Assembly (NCBI GenBank): GCA_016717225.1
Contig: JADKGB010000009.1
Span: forward strand, 71,178-135,177
Direction of reading: 5' to 3'
DNA: 64,000 nucleotides
From: Flavobacteriales bacterium
GTDB lineage: Bacteria > Bacteroidota > Bacteroidia > Flavobacteriales_F > PHOS-HE28
The notes below the pieces were generated by a model. It made no database searches. It was not told where the DNA came from and worked only from the letters and a program-made list of their open reading frames with translations. The stretch's first letter is position 1; every line of letters starts with the position of its first letter. Made by a program: the position numbers and the translations under genes. Below, piece by piece: positions 62,257 to 64,000 of this stretch.

Positions 62257-62817
62257 ATGATCTACCTCTTCTACCTCTTCGCAACGATCTCCGTGATCAG
62301 CGCCCTGTTCGTGGTAGCTGCGAAGAGCCCTGTGAACAGTGTGATCTCGCTGATCGTGTGTTTCCTGAGCATCGCTGGGCACTACATCCTGCTCAATGCA
62401 CAGTTCCTGGCCATGGTGCATATCATCGTATACACGGGTGCCATCATGGTCCTGTTCCTCTTTGTGATCATGCTCTTGAACTTGAACAAGAGCACCGAGC
62501 CACAGAAGAGTTTGATCACGCGCATCGCGGCGGTTGCCGCCGGGGGATTGTTCCTGCTCACGTTGTTGGGCGCGATCAAGAACGGGATCGGCATCGCCAC
62601 TCCGGGCGGGTACGACGGAGGAATTGGATTGGTGAAAAGTGTGGGCATGAGCCTGTTCACCGACTTCCTGGTTCCCTTTGAATTAAGTAGCGTTCTGTTC
62701 CTGAGCGCGATCATCGGAGCGGTGATGTTGGGCAAAAAGGAAAGCACCGCCAAGCAAATGGCCACGGGGGATTCGGCCTATGCGGGACTGAACCAAGCTG
62801 AACACATTGTGCGATGA
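62257..62817 (+). CDS. nuoJ: NADH-quinone oxidoreductase subunit J
   Basis: Hydrophobic 186-aa protein in conserved operon position. Confidence 0.85.
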   Translation: MIYLFYLFATISVISALFVVAAKSPVNSVISLIVCFLSIAGHYILLNAQFLAMVHIIVYTGAIMVLFLFVIMLLNLNKSTEPQKSLITRIAAVAAGGLFLLTLLGAIKNGIGIATPGGYDGGIGLVKSVGMSLFTDFLVPFELSSVLFLSAIIGAVMLGKKESTAKQMATGDSAYAGLNQAEHIVR

Positions 62818-63143
62818 ACGATGTGATCACCGCCATACGGACCGTCCCCCTTGAGCATTATGTGGTGCTCAGTTTCATCCTGTTCAGCATCGGCATGGCG
62901 GGCGTTCTGTTCCGTCGGAACACCATCATCATCCTCATGTGTTTGGAGTTGATGTTCAACAGCGTGAACTTGTTGCTCACCGCCTTCAGTGCTCACCACA
63001 GTGATCCCAGCGGGCAGGTCTTCGTGTTCTTCATCATGCTCGTTGCGGCTGCGGAAGTCACAGTTGGCTTGGCGATCCTGGTGATGATGAAACGGAACGT
63101 GGACAGCGTCGACATCAACCAACTCAACCGGTTGAAATGGTGA
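62814..63143 (+). CDS. nuoK: NADH-quinone oxidoreductase subunit K
   Basis: 109 aa, three TM; ...LMLVAAAEVTVGLAILV. Confidence 0.9.
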   Translation: MNDVITAIRTVPLEHYVVLSFILFSIGMAGVLFRRNTIIILMCLELMFNSVNLLLTAFSAHHSDPSGQVFVFFIMLVAAAEVTVGLAILVMMKRNVDSVDINQLNRLKW

Positions 63144-64000
63144 AGACGGATCTCCTTACGGCTTTGGTGCCGGCGTTCCCGCTCTTCGGTGCCGTGGTAA
63201 CGGCTATCCTGCGTCGCAAGCTGAAGGGCAATTCAGCAGGGATGCTGGCCACATTGATGATCGTGCTTTCGTTCGTGTGCAGCGCAGTGCTGTTCGCTGG
63301 ACACGAAGTGGTGAACGCCCTGCACAGTGCAGGAATGCATCAGGAACATCCGGCAGAAGGAGCAACGCACATCGTCAAACTCTTCGACTGGATCAACATT
63401 GGCGGTATGGAGGTGCCCTTCGCATTCCAGATCGATGCGCTCTCGCTCACGATGATGCTGATCGTCACGGGCATCGGTTCGCTGATCCACTTGTACTCGA
63501 TCGGCTACATGCACGATGATCCTCGTGTAGCCACGTTCTTCTCGCAGCTCAACCTGTTCACTTTCGCGATGCTGCTTCTGGTGATGGGCGCCAATTTCGT
63601 GATGACCTTCATCGGTTGGGAGGGCGTGGGCCTGTGCAGCTACCTGCTGATCGGCTTCTGGTACAAGACGCCAGCGTACAACTATGCCGCACGTAAGGCT
63701 TTCGTCATGAACCGCATCGGTGATGTCGGCTTCGTGCTGGGCCTGGCCTGGTTGTTCAGCGTTCTGGGCACCTTGAACTACACGGAAGTGATGGCGAAGG
63801 CGGGTACGTTATCCACGGAGACCATCACCGGGATCACCCTGTTGCTATTTGTAGGTGCGATCGGCAAGAGCGCGCAGTTGCCACTCTTCACCTGGTTGCC
63901 GGATGCCATGGCGGGCCCAACTCCGGTGAGTGCATTGATCCATGCTGCTACCATGGTGACCGCGGGCATCTTCCTGATCGTGCGCAGCAGTGCGCTTTTC
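63137..64000 (+). CDS. nuoL: NADH-quinone oxidoreductase subunit L (3' partial; runs off the window end)
   Basis: Manual translation from ATG 63137 gives MVKTDLLTALVPAFPLFGAV...FIGWEGVGLCSYLLIGFWY...; absent from the ORF track because no stop lies within the window. Confidence 0.9.
   Translation, partial: MVKTDLLTALVPAFPLFGAVVTAILRRKLKGNSAGMLATLMIVLSFVCSAVLFAGHEVVNALHSAGMHQEHPAEGATHIVKLFDWINIGGMEVPFAFQIDALSLTMMLIVTGIGSLIHLYSIGYMHDDPRVATFFSQLNLFTFAMLLLVMGANFVMTFIGWEGVGLCSYLLIGFWYKTPAYNYAARKAFVMNRIGDVGFVLGLAWLFSVLGTLNYTEVMAKAGTLSTETITGITLLLFVGAIGKSAQLPLFTWLPDAMAGPTPVSALIHAATMVTAGIFLIVRSSALF

Overview
This 64 kb window looks like a chromosomal segment from a high-GC member of the Bacteroidota. 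The evidence is several T9SS type-A and type-B C-terminal sorting domains, an exbB-exbD-exbD-tonB-pstS-like-TPR cluster, Bacteroidetes-style TAnnTTTG -7 motifs, and a short (about 335 aa) NuoG in a 14-subunit nuoA-L operon. No rRNA, tRNA, CRISPR array, transposase or integrase was seen. From start to end the window holds: a hypothetical 5' partial gene; two paralogous MDR-family NAD(P)H quinone-oxidoreductase/ADH genes plus a 26-codon N-terminal remnant of a third copy; an alpha/beta hydrolase; the tyrosine-catabolism genes hppD and hmgA with an orphan HepT (DUF86) toxin gene between them; trhO, a short-chain-type L-threonine dehydrogenase, a MORN-repeat protein and gdhA; an Omp28-like T9SS protein; an amine/polyamine-catabolism cluster (large Orn/Lys/Arg decarboxylase, VOC protein, CN-hydrolase, class-III aminotransferase); a 1132-aa lamin-tail-domain T9SS type-B protein; asd; the ileS-dksA-like-lspA-membrane protein operon; an MBOAT plus SGNH O-acyltransferase pair; two exbD/tonB sets; a methyltransferase; a second T9SS type-B protein; tandem LytTR response regulators with a propeller-type histidine kinase; and nuoA through nuoL (3' partial). 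Two technical points matter for interpretation. There are three bizarre poly-G/poly-C low-complexity tracts (about 3541-3620, 7185-7335 and 7828-7850). At least seven genes also carry frameshifts; the three traced to base level (nuoA, the second ADH, hppD) sit at short C/G homopolymers and the other break points were not localized, so I read them as likely sequencing or assembly errors rather than true pseudogenes. The most interesting biology is a degenerate duplication of the hppD 3' end flanking a tiny basic ORF, the orphan HepT, histone-H1-like Lys/Ala/Pro tails fused to a DksA-like regulator and to a VOC enzyme, an extra exbD-tonB pair, and a LytTR/kinase locus beside small translationally coupled genes.
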